NCBI RefSeq assembly: GCF_056712565.1
Contig: NZ_CM160072.1
Direction: 5' to 3' (one strand)
DNA: 64,000 nucleotides
A program made the position numbers and the translations under genes. The notes beneath the pieces are model-generated. The model did no database searches and had not been told where the DNA came from. It was given only the letters and a program-made list of their open reading frames with translations. The number at the start of each line of letters is the position of its first letter. Within the stretch, counting starts at the first letter, position 1. Positions 1 to 13,050 of the stretch are shown here, piece by piece.

Positions 1-842
1 GTCACTGTCTGCACGCTCTTCGTCAGGGTAATTGGCACAATTTCCTGACCTTCAAACTGGGCTTCAGTGGTAGACAGCGGGTTATGGACTTCAATATAAC
101 GGCTGCCGTCTGGCTCGGTGGTCGCTTTTACCGGCTCATCAATAAACTGTACGCGGGTACCGACCGGTACTTTCTCGAACAGGAATTTGATGTCTTCGTT
201 ACGCAGACGCACACAACCATGACTTACACGCAGGCCGATACCGAAGTTGGCGTTGGTGCCATGGATAGCGTACAGGCGACCGATGTAGAGTGCATACAGC
301 CCCATCGGGTTATCCGGACCAGCCGGAACGACCGCCGGAAGCGGTTCGCCCGCAGCGCGGTACTCTGCGTGCATTTTAGCGGTCGGCGTCCAGGTCGGGC
401 CTGCTTTTTTACGCTCAACTTTGGTGGTCCAGTTGATAGGCGTGTCTTTGCCTAACTGACCAATGCCGATCGGCAGCACGATAACGGTGTTGGTCCCTTT
501 CGGATAGTAATACAGACGCATCTCTGCACTGTTAATGACGATGCCTTCATGAACGGTATCCGGCAGGATCAGCTGCTGCGGAATATTCAGTACAGTACCG
601 CCTTTCGGCAGGAAGGTATCCACACCCGGGTTCGCTTCCATCATATTGGAAAGTCCCATCTGGTACTCGGCGGCAAAATACTCCAGCGGCTGAGTGTTAC
701 CTTCAGGAATGGTGATCACCTGATTCTGACCAACCAGGCGACTCCCGTCGGTTGGCAGAGGATAAGTTACCGCAGAGGCGGTACTGCAAAAGCCGACAAC
801 AGCGAAGGCCGCTGCGAATAATGTTTTCAATTTCATATTCAT
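1..842 (-). CDS. ldtB: L,D-transpeptidase, partial (C-terminal part cut by window start)
   Basis: Reverse-strand translation from 842 reads [33 protein letters not shown] (signal peptide plus YkuD-type start); sits upstream of ybiT as in E. coli. Not in the ORF track because it is open at the window edge. Confidence 0.8.
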
Positions 843-1060
843 GTTAAGCGAGATTTTGTGCCTGGCAGGCCATTGGGTTGAGAATATTAGAGTATTGGAA
901 GTGCATTATAAGTTCATTCCAGCTCACAGTGAAATCAGATGTGTACGAAATCACATTTTTTGCCTTTGGCTTGAGTGTAGACCTTAAGCGAGGAGCAGGA
1001 TCTTCTTTCAGACTTATGGCATAATGCGCGGTTTGTCATATCTCTTTTCAGGATACGCCT

Positions 1061-2653
1061 GTGTTAGTTTCCAGTAACGTCACCATGCAGTTCGGCAGTA
1101 AGCCGTTGTTTGAAAACATTTCCGTCAAATTTGGCGGCGGCAACCGTTACGGCCTGATTGGCGCGAACGGTAGTGGTAAATCCACCTTTATGAAGATCCT
1201 CGGCGGCGACTTAGAGCCGACGTTGGGTAACGTTTCCCTCGATCCCAACGAGCGCATTGGTAAGCTGCGTCAGGATCAGTTTGCCTTTGAAGAGTTCACT
1301 GTGCTGGATACGGTGATCATGGGGCATAAAGAGTTGTGGGAAGTGAAGCAGGAGCGTGACCGCATCTATGCTTTGCCGGAAATGAGTGAAGAAGACGGCT
1401 ATAAAGTGGCCGATCTGGAAGTGAAATACGGCGAAATGGACGGTTACTCTGCGGAAGCTCGCGCTGGTGAACTGTTGCTTGGCGTGGGAATTCCAGTGGA
1501 ACAGCACTACGGCCCGATGAGTGAAGTTGCTCCTGGCTGGAAGCTGCGTGTGCTGCTGGCGCAGGCGCTGTTTGCTGATCCGGACATTCTCCTGCTCGAC
1601 GAACCGACCAACAACCTCGACATCGACACCATTCGCTGGCTGGAACAGGTGCTGAACGAGCGTGACAGCACCATGATCATCATCTCGCACGACCGTCACT
1701 TCCTTAACATGGTTTGTACCCACATGGCGGATCTGGATTACGGCGAGCTGCGCGTTTATCCGGGCAACTACGATGAGTACATGACGGCGGCGACTCAGGC
1801 GCGTGAACGTCTGCTGGCTGATAACGCCAAGAAGAAAGCGCAGATTGCTGAGTTGCAATCTTTCGTTAGCCGCTTTAGCGCCAACGCCTCGAAATCTCGC
1901 CAGGCAACTTCGCGCGCGCGCCAGATTGATAAAATCAAACTGGAAGAGGTGAAAGCCTCCAGCCGTCAGAACCCGTTCATCCGTTTTGAACAGGATAAGA
2001 AACTGTTCCGTAACGCGCTGGAAGTGGAAGGTCTGACTAAAGGGTTTGATAACGGTCCACTGTTTAAAAATCTCAACCTGCTGCTGGAAGTGGGTGAAAA
2101 ACTGGCTGTACTGGGTACCAACGGCGTCGGTAAATCAACGCTGCTGAAAACGCTGGTGGGCGATCTGCAACCGGACAGCGGCACCGTAAAATGGTCTGAG
2201 AACGCGCGCATTGGTTACTACGCCCAGGACCATGAATATGAGTTCGAAAATGATCTGACCGTGTTCGAATGGATGAGCCAGTGGAAGCAGGAAGGCGATG
2301 ACGAGCAGGCGGTACGCAGCATTCTCGGTCGTTTACTGTTCAGCCAGGACGACATCAAAAAGCCAGCGAAAGTGCTTTCCGGTGGGGAGAAAGGGCGGAT
2401 GCTGTTTGGTAAGTTAATGATGCAGAAGCCGAACATTCTGATCATGGACGAACCGACCAACCACCTGGATATGGAATCTATTGAGTCGCTGAACATGGCG
2501 CTGGAACTGTATCAGGGCACGCTGATCTTTGTTTCACACGACCGTGAGTTCGTAAGCTCCCTGGCGACCCGTATTCTGGAAATCACCCCGGAACGCGTGA
2601 TCGACTTTAGCGGTAATTACGAAGATTACCTGCGTAGTAAAGGGATCGAGTAA
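1061..2653 (+). CDS. ybiT: ABC-F family ATPase (two ABC cassettes)
   Basis: 530 aa; two Walker A motifs ([18 protein letters not shown]) and two ABC signature regions; GTG start. Confidence 0.93.
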
Positions 2654-2661
2654 GTTATTAT

Positions 2662-2690
2662 CAGTAGCCCTGATATGGTCAGGGCTACTG
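2662..2690 (+). terminator. perfect 12-bp stem-loop downstream of ybiT (terminator or RNA stability element)
   Basis: CAGTAGCCCTGA-tatgg-TCAGGGCTACTG; no strong T-run follows, so intrinsic terminator function is uncertain. Confidence 0.4.
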
Positions 2691-2704
2691 AAACTGATGA
2701 CAAA

Positions 2705-2815
2705 CGCAAGATTGCCTGGTGCGCTACGCTTATCAGACCTGGCAGTGTATCGCAATATATTGAATTTTCATGATTTTGTATGCCAAATAAGGCGGTCACG
2801 CCGTATCCGGCATAA
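2705..2815. repeat. REP/BIME-like extragenic palindromic units
   Basis: GCCTGGTGCGCTACGCTTATCAGACCTGGC and AAGGCGGTCACGCCGTATCCGGCAT resemble E. coli REP consensus units, in the ybiT–ybiV intergenic region. Confidence 0.45.
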
Positions 2816-2852
2816 TGACATGCACTTTCTCAATAAACTGAATTGGCGATAA

Positions 2853-3668
2853 TCAAAGATTAAACGGCGGTTTATTTTCCAGCACCGCCTGAATCACATT
2901 CAGCGCGCCTTCATGATTATTATCATCGGTAGCGTAACGGGCGATTTGTTTAATGTTTTCCGCAGCATTGCTCATCGCAAAGGAATAACGCGCCATTTTC
3001 AGCATCTCCGCATCGTTACCGCTGTCGCCAATCGCTACCACATTTTGCGGTGACAGATCCCAGCGTTTCAGTAACCGCGAAATACCGTTTGCTTTATGTA
3101 GACCGGGAATAATCAAGTCGATAAAGCCAAAACCACTGGTGACGGGTTTCATAATGCCATCCAGCGCTATGTGCAGTTTGTCGATCACTAACGGGATTTG
3201 TTCATCCGGCAGGTTGAGCGAAAACTTGAACAGTACGTCGTCAATCTCCTGATAATCTTTTACAGGTTTCAGGCGATGGTAGTGTTTTGCCATCAGTGCG
3301 ACGAATGCTTCGGGGGCATTTTCGCTGACATATGCACTTTGCAGACCGCAGGCGACAAAATTGAGTTGCTTATCTTTTAGCAACTCGCCAATAACAATCC
3401 GCGATTCATGTCGGGTCAGTTCGCCGTGGAACAACTGCTTGCCATGTTCGTAAACCAGTGCGCCGTTTTCCGCGACAAAAGAGATCTCATCCTTTAGCTC
3501 AGGAAAGAACGAAATAAGCTGGTAATACTGATTACCGCTGGCGACAACGAACTCAATGCCGCGCTTTTTCAGTTCCTGATATTGCGCCATAAAACGTGGT
3601 TGGTTGTACGTTTTGGCGTCGTTAAGAAAAGTACCGTCCATGTCTGTGACGATAACTTTTACGCTCAT
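2853..3668 (-). CDS. ybiV: HAD-family Cof-type sugar phosphatase
   Basis: 271 aa; N-terminal DMDGTF HAD motif I; GDSGND motif; K-12 gene order. Confidence 0.9.
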   Translation of the reverse strand: MSVKVIVTDMDGTFLNDAKTYNQPRFMAQYQELKKRGIEFVVASGNQYYQLISFFPELKDEISFVAENGALVYEHGKQLFHGELTRHESRIVIGELLKDKQLNFVACGLQSAYVSENAPEAFVALMAKHYHRLKPVKDYQEIDDVLFKFSLNLPDEQIPLVIDKLHIALDGIMKPVTSGFGFIDLIIPGLHKANGISRLLKRWDLSPQNVVAIGDSGNDAEMLKMARYSFAMSNAAENIKQIARYATDDNNHEGALNVIQAVLENKPPFNL

Positions 3669-3813
3669 AGGTGTGCTCCTGGCTCGAAAATGAAACCGTA
3701 ACAGTGTAATAACAATGTGACGCAGAGCACAAATTATATTTCGAATGAAAGCGAGGCTGAAATTGATGATGTGAATGATTTGGCCCGGCGACGACGACGC
3801 CGGGCTGAGGGGA

Positions 3814-6246
3814 TTACAGCATGTGTTCGGTACGGGCGATGATATCGTCCTGTGCGTCTGGAGAGAGCGCGGTGAAGAAGGCGGAATAACCCGCTACGCG
3901 TACCACCAGATCGCGGTATTGATCCGGATGTTTCTTCGCCTCCAGCAATGTTTCGCGGGAAACAATGTTGTACTGAATATGCCAGCCTTTATGCACTTCA
4001 AAGAAGGTACGCAGCAGGATCATCAGTTTCTGCTTGTCAGATTCATTCTCCAGCGTTGCCGGATTCAGTTTCTGGTTGAGCAGCACGCCGCCGAGAATTG
4101 CTGCCGTAGGCAGTTTACCCACCGAGCCAATGACCGCAGTAGGGCCGAGATGGTCAGTACCGGAGGCCGGACTAGCGCCTTCTGCCAGCGGGGTATGTGC
4201 TTTACGTCCGTCCGGCGTTGCCATAGTCTGCGCGCCAAACGGTACGTTAGCGGAGATAGACGATGTGCCCGCATAATAGTTGCCGCCAATCGGACCACGA
4301 CCGTAGCGCGGGTTATGGTACTGCTTCAGTTCGTCGATATAGGTCTGATAAGCGCGAGCCAGCAGCGTATCGACAGTATCATCGTCGTTGCCGTACTTCG
4401 GCGCACCGTTAATCAGCCGCTGACGCAGCTGCTCGTGAGTCAGGCCGTCGAAGTCATCCGCCAGTGCGGCAGCCAGCTGTTGCTGACCAATCGCGCCCTG
4501 TTCAAATACCAGTTTCTTCACTGCCGCCAGGCTGTTGCCGAGGTTAGCAATGCCGACCTGCAGGCCAGAAACCCAGTCATATTTCGCGCCGCCTTGCTTG
4601 ATACTTTTCGCTCGCTCAATACAGTCATCGACCAGCGCCGAGCAGAGAATATCGTGTACGTTCTCTTCCAGCATGGTATCGACGACATATTCGATTTCGA
4701 TTGATTTACGCGTGTAGTAACGGATTTGCGTATCCCATGCGTCCATTACTTCATCGAAGTTGTTGAAGTTACCCGCTGACAACGCTTTTTCTTGTGGCAG
4801 GAACACTTTGCCGCTGGTGGCATCACGACCGCCTTCCAGCGCCGCCAGCATCACGCGGGCGAAGTTGATAAAGCTCATGCCGGTACAGCGATAGCCCCAT
4901 TTGCCACCGACGGCGGTTTCGATACAACCAATCGCTGCATAGTCGTAAGCGTCCTGCGGTTCAATACCGAGTTTAATAAATTCCGGGATGACGATTTCGT
5001 CGTTGTTGAACGCCGGCATCCCGAAACCACAGCGGATCACCTGAACACAGGCATCGAGGAAATCGTTGCTCATTCCCGCGTGGTAGCGCACGCTGAGGTT
5101 AGGCTGAGTGGAACGCAGGCGACCGCAAGATTCGAGGATCGCATAAGAGAGTGGATTTACCGCGTCCATCGGTTGACCATCAACCAGATTTTGCCCGCCA
5201 ATGGTGACGTTCTGATACAGTGGACTTCCCGCAGAGGCTTTTGAGTGTGAGCCGGAGCGGATTTTGTTCACTTCCAGCAATTTCAACCAGCAGCTATGCA
5301 GCATCTCGATGGCGTGTTCGCGATCCAGTGTCTGGTTCAGTTCAACGTCGCGGCGATAGTATGGGTAGAGATACTGGTCCATACGACCAAACGATACCGA
5401 GTGACCGTTAGATTCGATCTGCAAAATCAACTGGATGAAGTAACACAGTTGCAGCGCCTGCCAGAAAGTCTGCGGCGGCTGGTGGGCGATAAGATCGCAG
5501 TTTTCTGCTATCGTCAGCAGTTCATCGCGACGGCTTTCGCGGGTTTCGGTCGCGGCCATTTCACGCGCCAGGGCAGCGAAACGTTCAATGTGTTCACTGA
5601 CTGCCACCATCACGATATCAATCGCTTTCAGGAATTGCTCGCCATGTAAATCTTCCAGTACCGTCAGATTGATGCGCGAGCGACGTTCCGCCACTTTCTC
5701 ACGCAGACCATCAAGCCCTTTTTCCAGCAGTAGCGGGAAATTCACCGCCAGGTGCGCATCGCCGGAGGTCATATTGCCCTCCGCTTTAATGATGCCGGTC
5801 GCCAGCAGACCTTTTTGCTCATCGGTAAACATGCCGTAGCAGCGATCCTGTACGGTCTGACCGCGCCACCACGGGCACACTTCATGCAGAACACGTTTGT
5901 TCTCCTCGCTCACCGCAAAACCAGCACCCGGACGATCTGCCAGATCATCAATCTCTTTTTCGATCCAGGAGACGGTATATTCCGGGAAGATCGGCGCGGC
6001 GCGAACTTCGCTTGCCTGGTTGCCAATGATCAACTCATCGTGCTTGATCCAGATGGTGCGATTCGCCAGGTGATGCGCCAGTGCCAGCGCGCGACGTACC
6101 GGGATTGGCTTATCGAGATGTTGTTGATACATCTCGGTATAGTGTTGTGCTCGTTCGGTACAGACCGGCGGTTTCACAATATGCACCAGCGCATTTTTGT
6201 GCGCTTTAATGCGGTCGCTGAGCGTATCCAGTTTTAGTGTTGTCAT
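3814..6246 (-). CDS. ybiW: glycyl-radical enzyme, pyruvate formate-lyase-like
   Basis: 810 aa; C-terminal glycyl radical motif region (RVAGYSAFF); PFL-like length and context. Confidence 0.93.
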   Translation of the reverse strand: MTTLKLDTLSDRIKAHKNALVHIVKPPVCTERAQHYTEMYQQHLDKPIPVRRALALAHHLANRTIWIKHDELIIGNQASEVRAAPIFPEYTVSWIEKEIDDLADRPGAGFAVSEENKRVLHEVCPWWRGQTVQDRCYGMFTDEQKGLLATGIIKAEGNMTSGDAHLAVNFPLLLEKGLDGLREKVAERRSRINLTVLEDLHGEQFLKAIDIVMVAVSEHIERFAALAREMAATETRESRRDELLTIAENCDLIAHQPPQTFWQALQLCYFIQLILQIESNGHSVSFGRMDQYLYPYYRRDVELNQTLDREHAIEMLHSCWLKLLEVNKIRSGSHSKASAGSPLYQNVTIGGQNLVDGQPMDAVNPLSYAILESCGRLRSTQPNLSVRYHAGMSNDFLDACVQVIRCGFGMPAFNNDEIVIPEFIKLGIEPQDAYDYAAIGCIETAVGGKWGYRCTGMSFINFARVMLAALEGGRDATSGKVFLPQEKALSAGNFNNFDEVMDAWDTQIRYYTRKSIEIEYVVDTMLEENVHDILCSALVDDCIERAKSIKQGGAKYDWVSGLQVGIANLGNSLAAVKKLVFEQGAIGQQQLAAALADDFDGLTHEQLRQRLINGAPKYGNDDDTVDTLLARAYQTYIDELKQYHNPRYGRGPIGGNYYAGTSSISANVPFGAQTMATPDGRKAHTPLAEGASPASGTDHLGPTAVIGSVGKLPTAAILGGVLLNQKLNPATLENESDKQKLMILLRTFFEVHKGWHIQYNIVSRETLLEAKKHPDQYRDLVVRVAGYSAFFTALSPDAQDDIIARTEHML

Positions 6247-6251
6247 GATTG

Positions 6252-7151
6252 TTATCCTCGTAAGGTCGCGGTTAACCCTTTCTGGCAGGCATACTGCTGG
6301 GCAAAGTCGAGCAGTTCTGGCGCATCAAGCGGTTTTTCCGGGGCGTCATAGGGCAGATTAAGTAAGTGATATTTGTTGATGCCCAGTGTGTGGTAGGGCA
6401 GAAAATGAATTTCGCTAACGTGCAGCTCGTCGGCGGCAAAATCGGTAATGGCTTTCACAGAAGTTTCGTCGGCATTAAAGCCCTGAATCAGTGGCACGCG
6501 GATAATGATTTTTTTGCCGGCTGCGGCGAGTTTTTTCAGGTTATCCAGCACCCTGGCGGCGTTACCGTCGGTCCACTGTTTAAACGGCGCGTCGGCAACG
6601 TGTTTTAAATCGGCAAGAAACAGATCGATATAGGACAGAGAAGGGGCGATATATTTCCACGGCACATGCAGACAGGTTTCTACCGCAGTATGAATACCGG
6701 CTTCGTGGCTGGCTTGCAGTAGCCCCATCGCCATTTCCGGCTGCATAAACGGTTCTCCGCCAGAAAGTGTTAAGCCGCCGCCGCTGCGATCGTAAAACGG
6801 TTTATCGCGCAAAACGGTTGCCATGATCTCCTCAACGCTTTTCACTTCACCACACACGGTTAACGCCTGTGTTGGGCAGCAGTCGGTTAGCGCCGTAAAA
6901 TGCTCCGGGGTTAACTTTTCCCGATGAATAAGCAAACCATTCAACGCGCGCTCAATCACTTCCGGTGCGGTCTTAGCGCACAGCTCACAGCCTTCCAGAC
7001 AGAGTCGTGGGTCATACAGCAGATCCTGCGTGCGGGCGCGGCTTTCCGGGTTCTGACACCAGCGGCAACCCAGCGAACAGCCTTTAAGAAATACGACCGT
7101 GCGGATACCGGGGCCATCATGGGTCGAGTAGCGTTGAATATTGAAAATCAT
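6252..7151 (-). CDS. ybiY: glycyl-radical enzyme activating protein (radical SAM)
   Basis: 299 aa; CxxxCxxC radical SAM cluster ([13 protein letters not shown]) plus additional Cys clusters; immediately downstream of ybiW. Confidence 0.9.
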   Translation of the reverse strand: MIFNIQRYSTHDGPGIRTVVFLKGCSLGCRWCQNPESRARTQDLLYDPRLCLEGCELCAKTAPEVIERALNGLLIHREKLTPEHFTALTDCCPTQALTVCGEVKSVEEIMATVLRDKPFYDRSGGGLTLSGGEPFMQPEMAMGLLQASHEAGIHTAVETCLHVPWKYIAPSLSYIDLFLADLKHVADAPFKQWTDGNAARVLDNLKKLAAAGKKIIIRVPLIQGFNADETSVKAITDFAADELHVSEIHFLPYHTLGINKYHLLNLPYDAPEKPLDAPELLDFAQQYACQKGLTATLRG

Positions 7152-7281
7152 AGTTGCCTCTCTGTTTCGTTCAAATATTAAAATACTTTCGAATGAAAGT
7201 TAGATTGATGTGCGTCAACTGTTCAGAGAGTTTTCCCGTGATAGTCTACATTCAGACAAAAAGTACATTTTGAGGATGGTT

Positions 7282-7944
7282 ATGGAACTGTATCTGGATA
7301 CTTCAGACGTTGTTGCGGTGAAGGCGCTGTCACGTATTTTTCCGCTGGCGGGTGTAACCACTAACCCAAGCATTATCGCAGCGGGTAAAAAACCGCTGGA
7401 GGTTGTGCTTCCGCAACTTCACGAGGCGATGGGCGGTCAGGGGCGTCTGTTTGCCCAGGTAATGGCTACCACTGCTGAAGGGATGGTGAATGACGCACGT
7501 AAATTGCGTTCTATTATTGCGGATATCGTGGTGAAAGTTCCGGTGACCGCTGAGGGGCTGGCAGCTATTAAGATGTTAAAAGCGGAAGGGATTCCGACGC
7601 TGGGAACCGCGGTATATGGCGCAGCACAAGGGCTACTGTCGGCGCTGGCAGGTGCGGAATATGTTGCGCCTTACGTTAATCGTATTGATGCTCAGGGCGG
7701 TAGCGGTATTCAGACTGTGACCGACTTACACCAGTTATTGAAAATGCATACGCCGCAGGCGAAAGTGTTAGCCGCGAGTTTCAAAACCCCGCGTCAGGCG
7801 CTGGACTGCTTACTGGCAGGGGGTGAATCAATTACTCTGCCGCTGGATGTGGCACAACAGATGATTAGCTATCCGGCAGTTGATGCCGCTGTGGCGAAGT
7901 TTGAGCAGGACTGGCAAGGAGCGTTTGGCAGAACGTCGATTTAA
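7282..7944 (+). CDS. fsaA: fructose-6-phosphate aldolase 1
   Basis: 220 aa from internal Met ([10 protein letters not shown]...); transaldolase-like fold signature; K-12 context. Confidence 0.9.
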   Translation: MELYLDTSDVVAVKALSRIFPLAGVTTNPSIIAAGKKPLEVVLPQLHEAMGGQGRLFAQVMATTAEGMVNDARKLRSIIADIVVKVPVTAEGLAAIKMLKAEGIPTLGTAVYGAAQGLLSALAGAEYVAPYVNRIDAQGGSGIQTVTDLHQLLKMHTPQAKVLAASFKTPRQALDCLLAGGESITLPLDVAQQMISYPAVDAAVAKFEQDWQGAFGRTSI

Positions 7945-8019
7945 CCGGACGTTCTGCATTCTCATAAATTGCTGATGACGTGGCGGAGTGCCGCGTCTTA
8001 TCTGGCCTGGAGGTGGCAG

Positions 8020-8769
8020 TTACTGCCCGCACACCTCACACCCCGGATTACGCATCAGTTTCATTTCGCGAAACTGACAGGTCATCGCATCGTACATCAC
8101 GATTTTTCCGCTGGCAGGTTTGCCATAACCGGCCAGCAGTTTAATCGCTTCCATTGCCTGCAATGAACCAATTACGCCGATTAACGGTGCCATCACGCCT
8201 GCTTCTACGCAGGTTAACGCGTTCTCGCCAAACAAACGGCTAAGGCAGTGATAGCACGGTTCGCCGTCCTGATAAGTGAAGACCGTGATTTGCCCTTCCA
8301 TACGAATTGCCGCGCCGGAAACCAGCGGCACCTTCGCGGCAAAACAGCCTGCGTTCAGTTGATTACGTACCGCAACGTTATCCGTACAGTCGAGCACCAG
8401 ATCGTGTTTTGCAATCATCGCAGCAAGTTCAGCGTCATCAAGCAGCGCATTGACTGGCGTAATCGCGATATGTGGGTTGATCCGCGTCAGGGCGTCACGG
8501 GCGGATTCCACCTTTGGTTGCCCGACCGTGGCATCACTGTGCAGCGTCTGGCGTTGCAGATTGGAGAGCGAAACCGTGTCGAAGTCGAGCAGCGTCAGGT
8601 TGCCGACACCGGCGCTTGCCAGATATTGCGATGCCGCACAGCCGAGGCCACCAAGCCCCACCACCAACACGCGAGAATCCTTCAGCGCTTCCTGACCGTC
8701 AAAATCAAAACCACGCAGGATGATTTGCCGGTTGTAGCGCAGCATCTCCTGATCGCTGAGTTCTGCCAT
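8020..8769 (-). CDS. moeB: molybdopterin-synthase adenylyltransferase
   Basis: 249 aa; ThiF/MoeB Rossmann motif (VVGLGGLGC) and C-terminal CxxC pairs. Confidence 0.92.
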   Translation of the reverse strand: MAELSDQEMLRYNRQIILRGFDFDGQEALKDSRVLVVGLGGLGCAASQYLASAGVGNLTLLDFDTVSLSNLQRQTLHSDATVGQPKVESARDALTRINPHIAITPVNALLDDAELAAMIAKHDLVLDCTDNVAVRNQLNAGCFAAKVPLVSGAAIRMEGQITVFTYQDGEPCYHCLSRLFGENALTCVEAGVMAPLIGVIGSLQAMEAIKLLAGYGKPASGKIVMYDAMTCQFREMKLMRNPGCEVCGQ

Positions 8770-10004
8770 TACAGGCCTCCGAACAACGCGTTAAACGGTT
8801 CGACTTCCACCCATTCGCCCACGTCAACATTGCCGCGCTCGCGTTCCAGCACGATAAAGCAGTTGCCGAGGCTAAAGGAGCTAAATATATGTGAACCCTG
8901 ATGTCCGGTGGTCGTCACTTCCAGTTCGCCATCGGCGTTGCGTTGCAGCACGCCGCGCTGGAAATCAAGGCGTCCTGGCGTTTTTTTCAGGCGGGACGCT
9001 GTGCGTACACGCTGGCGCGCGGGCAGGCCACTGGCGGTATTGCCGCTTAGTTTTGCCAGCAAAGGCTGTACCAGTTGATAGAAGGTCAGCGTCGCTGAAA
9101 CCGGGTTGCCCGGCAGGCCGCAGAACCAACTATTAGAAAGTTTACCGAACGCGAACGGTTTACCCGGTTTAATCGCCAGTTTCCAGAAGGCGATCTCCCC
9201 CAGCTCTTCAAGAATCGTTTTGGTGTAATCCGCTTCACCCACTGAAACACCGCCGGAACTGATCACTACATCCGCCTGGCTGTCGGCTTCAATAAATGCG
9301 GCGCGCAGGGCATGGGGATCGTCGCGGATAATCCCTAAGTTGATTACCTCGCATCCCAACTGTTCTAACATCAGGTGTACGGCGAGACGGTTGGTATCGT
9401 AGATTTGGCCGTCGCCCAACGGCTGACCGGGCAACTGGAGTTCATCACCGGTAGAAAAAAGCGCTACACGCACTTTACGAATCACCGGAACTTCGGCAAT
9501 CCCTAGCGAAGCAATCACTGGCAGTTCAGCGGTAGTCAGGCGAGTCCCCGCCGGGAAAACAACCGCACCTGCAGAGATATCTTCACCGCGACGGCGAATA
9601 TTTTGCCCGCTACGCGCTTCAGCAGTAAAACGCACGCCATTGTCCGTTTGTTCAGTCTGCTCCTGCATCACCACCGCTTCGCAGCCTTCCGGCACCGGCG
9701 CACCGGTCATAATACGAATGCAGGTACCCGCAGGCCATTCACCATGGTACGGCTGACCGGCAAAGGATTTACCGGCAACGGGCAGCGGTTGCCCGGAGGC
9801 AATATCGGCTAAACGCACCGCGTAGCCGTCCATAGCGGAGTTATCAAACCCCGGGACATCCAGTGGCGAAACGACATCACTCGCCAGAATACGACCAAAA
9901 CACTGAACCAGTGGCAGCGTTTCCTGGGCGGTCAGTGGGGTAACGCGAGAAAGCATCTCATTAAGCGCGGTGTCGAGCGACATCAATCCGGTGGTAAATT
10001 CCAT
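8769..10004 (-). CDS. moeA: molybdopterin molybdenumtransferase
   Basis: 411 aa; MoeA family; overlaps moeB start as in the moeAB operon. Confidence 0.92.
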   Translation of the reverse strand: MEFTTGLMSLDTALNEMLSRVTPLTAQETLPLVQCFGRILASDVVSPLDVPGFDNSAMDGYAVRLADIASGQPLPVAGKSFAGQPYHGEWPAGTCIRIMTGAPVPEGCEAVVMQEQTEQTDNGVRFTAEARSGQNIRRRGEDISAGAVVFPAGTRLTTAELPVIASLGIAEVPVIRKVRVALFSTGDELQLPGQPLGDGQIYDTNRLAVHLMLEQLGCEVINLGIIRDDPHALRAAFIEADSQADVVISSGGVSVGEADYTKTILEELGEIAFWKLAIKPGKPFAFGKLSNSWFCGLPGNPVSATLTFYQLVQPLLAKLSGNTASGLPARQRVRTASRLKKTPGRLDFQRGVLQRNADGELEVTTTGHQGSHIFSSFSLGNCFIVLERERGNVDVGEWVEVEPFNALFGGL

Positions 10005-10207
10005 GAAAACACTCCTGCGGAGGCAAAATCGAATTTGCCTATTATGTCAGAAAAACGCCACAGACTGTATGCCACCTCGGGTGTAGCGCTGGCTCCTGCC
10101 TTTACATGCCATATCCATCTTTCTATATTCAAAAATTGAATGAGTCATTCATAAAAATTCTGATATTTATAGCAAAAGTGGCGAGTCACCCTTAATGGAC
10201 GAATACT

Positions 10208-11173
10208 ATGGGCAAAGCAGTCATTGCAATTCATGGTGGCGCAGGTGCAATTAGCCGCGCGCAGATGAGTCTGCAACAGGAATTACGCTACATCGAGGCG
10301 TTGTCTGCCATTGTTGAAACCGGGCAGAAAATGCTGGTAGCGGGCGAAAGTGCGCTGGATGTGGTGACGGAAGCGGTGCGTCTGCTGGAAGAGTGTCCAC
10401 TGTTTAACGCCGGAATTGGCGCTGTCTTTACGCGTGATGAAACCCATGAACTGGACGCCTGTGTGATGGATGGTAACACCCTGAAAGCCGGTGCGGTGGC
10501 GGGCGTTAGTCATCTGCGTAATCCGGTTCTTGCCGCCCGACTGGTGATGGAGCAAAGCCCGCATGTGATGATGATTGGCGAAGGGGCAGAAAATTTTGCG
10601 TTTGCTCATGGCATGGAGTGCGTCTCGCCGGAGATTTTCTCCACGCCTTTGCGTTATGAACAACTACTGGCAGCGCGCGAGGAAGGGGCAACAGTCCTCG
10701 ACCATAGCGGTGCGCCACTGGATGAAAAACAAAAAATGGGCACCGTAGGGGCCGTGGCGTTGGATTTAGACGGCAATCTGGCGGCAGCCACGTCCACGGG
10801 CGGAATGACCAATAAATTACCCGGACGAGTTGGCGATAGTCCCTTAGTGGGGGCCGGATGCTATGCCAATAACGCCAGTGTGGCGGTTTCCTGTACCGGT
10901 ACGGGCGAAGTCTTCATCCGCGCGCTGGCGGCATATGATATCGCCGCGTTAATGGATTACGGCGGATTAAGTCTCGCGGAAGCCTGCGAGCGGGTAGTAA
11001 TGGAAAAACTCCCTGCGCTTGGCGGTAGCGGTGGCTTAATCGCTATCGACCATGAAGGGAATGTCGCGCTACCGTTTAACACCGAAGGAATGTATCGCGC
11101 CTGGGGCTACGCAGGCGATACGCCAACCACCGGTATCTACCGTGAAAAAGGGGACACCGTTGCCACACAGTGA
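10208..11173 (+). CDS. iaaA: isoaspartyl dipeptidase / L-asparaginase (Ntn hydrolase)
   Basis: 321 aa; GTVGAVALD autoprocessing threonine region. Confidence 0.9.
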
Positions 11174-13031
11174 TGAACTTGATGCCGGTGATGTGCTGGC
11201 GGTTGAAAATCTGAATATTGCCTTTATGCAGGAGCAGCACAAAATAGCTGCGGTCCGCAATCTCTCTTTTAGCCTGCAACGTGGTGAGACGCTGGCAATT
11301 GTTGGCGAATCCGGCTCCGGTAAGTCAGTGACTGCGCTGGCATTGATGCGCCTGTTGGAACAGGCGGGCGGTTTAGTGCAGTGCGATAAAATGCTGTTGC
11401 AGCGGCGCAGTCGCGAAGTAATTGAACTTAGCGAGCAGAGTGCTGCACAAATGCGCCATGTGCGCGGGGCGGATATGGCGATGATATTTCAGGAGCCGAT
11501 GACATCGCTGAACCCGGTATTTACTGTGGGTGAACAGATTGCTGAATCTATTCGTCTGCATCAGAACGCCAGTCGTGAAGAAGCGATGGTCGAGGCGAAG
11601 CGGATGCTGGATCAGGTACGCATTCCGGAGGCACAAACCATTCTTTCACGTTATCCGCATCAACTCTCTGGCGGGATGCGCCAGCGAGTGATGATTGCGA
11701 TGGCGCTGTCATGCCGCCCGGCGGTGCTGATTGCCGATGAGCCAACCACCGCGTTGGATGTCACTATTCAGGCGCAGATCCTGCAATTAATCAAAGTATT
11801 GCAAAAAGAGATGTCGATGGGCGTTATCTTTATCACTCACGATATGGGCGTGGTGGCAGAGATTGCCGATCGGGTACTGGTGATGTATCAGGGCGAGGCG
11901 GTGGAAACGGGTAGCGTCGAACAGATTTTTCATGCACCGCAACATCCTTATACCCGTGCGCTGTTAGCTGCTGTTCCGCAACTTGGTGCGATGAAAGGGT
12001 TAGATTATCCCCGACGTTTCCCATTGATATCGCTTGAACATCCAGCGAAACAGGAGCCACCCATCGAGCAGAAAACGGTGGTGGATGGCGAACCTGTTTT
12101 ACGGGTGCGTAATCTGGTCTCCCGTTTCCCTTTGCGCAGCGGTTTGTTGAATCGCGTAACGCGGGAAGTGCATGCCGTTGAGAAAGTCAGTTTTGATCTC
12201 TGGCCTGGTGAAACGCTATCGCTGGTGGGCGAGTCTGGCAGCGGTAAATCCACCACCGGGCGGGCGTTGCTGCGCCTGGTCGAATCGCAGGGCGGCGAAA
12301 TTATCTTTAACGGTCAGCGAATCGATACCTTGTCACCCGGTAAACTTCAGGCATTGCGCCGCGATATTCAGTTTATTTTTCAGGACCCTTACGCTTCGCT
12401 GGACCCACGTCAGACCATCGGTGATTCGATTCTCGAACCGCTGCGCGTACACGGTTTATTGCCAGGTAAAGAAGCGGCTGCACGCGTTGCGTGGTTGCTG
12501 GAGCGCGTGGGCCTGTTACCGGAACATGCCTGGCGTTACCCACATGAGTTTTCCGGCGGTCAGCGCCAGCGCATCTGCATTGCTCGCGCGTTGGCATTGA
12601 ATCCAAAAGTGATCATTGCCGACGAAGCCGTTTCGGCGCTGGATGTTTCTATTCGCGGGCAGATTATCAACTTGTTGCTCGATCTCCAGCGTGATTTCGG
12701 CATTGCGTATCTGTTTATCTCCCACGATATGGCCGTGGTTGAGCGGATTAGTCATCGTGTGGCGGTGATGTATCTCGGGCAAATTGTTGAAATTGGTCCA
12801 CGGCGCGCGGTCTTTGAAAATCCGCAGCATCCTTATACGCGTAAATTACTGGCGGCAGTTCCGGTCGCTGAACCGTCCCGACAACGACCGCAGCGTGTAC
12901 TGCTGTCGGACGATCTTCCCAGCAATATTCATCTGCGTGGCGAAGAGGTTGCAGCCGTCTCGTTGCAATGCGTCGGGCCGGGGCATTACGTTGCACAACC
13001 ACAATCAGAATACGCATTCATGCGTAGATAA
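11160..13031 (+). CDS. gsiA: glutathione ABC importer ATP-binding protein (double ABC cassette)
   Basis: 623 aa from TTG start ([10 protein letters not shown]...); two Walker A motifs (GESGSGKS twice); start overlaps iaaA end. Confidence 0.88.
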
Positions 13032-13050
13032 CATTCAGGCGGAGAATAAA

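Noticed and set aside
84-455. 123-aa plus-strand ORF and neighbouring small ORFs at the window start
   Set aside because: They lie antisense inside ldtB, whose reverse-strand translation gives a clean signal peptide and protein; these are shadow ORFs.
1211-1858. 215-aa minus-strand ORF
   Set aside because: Entirely inside ybiT on the opposite strand; shadow ORF.
3775-4704. 309-aa plus-strand ORF
   Set aside because: Antisense to the 810-aa glycyl-radical enzyme gene ybiW; no RBS or coding features; shadow ORF.
12784-13050. N-terminal extension of the gsiB ORF (601-aa call)
   Set aside because: The extension overlaps the gsiA 3' end in another frame; the true start is the Met before the signal peptide at 13051.
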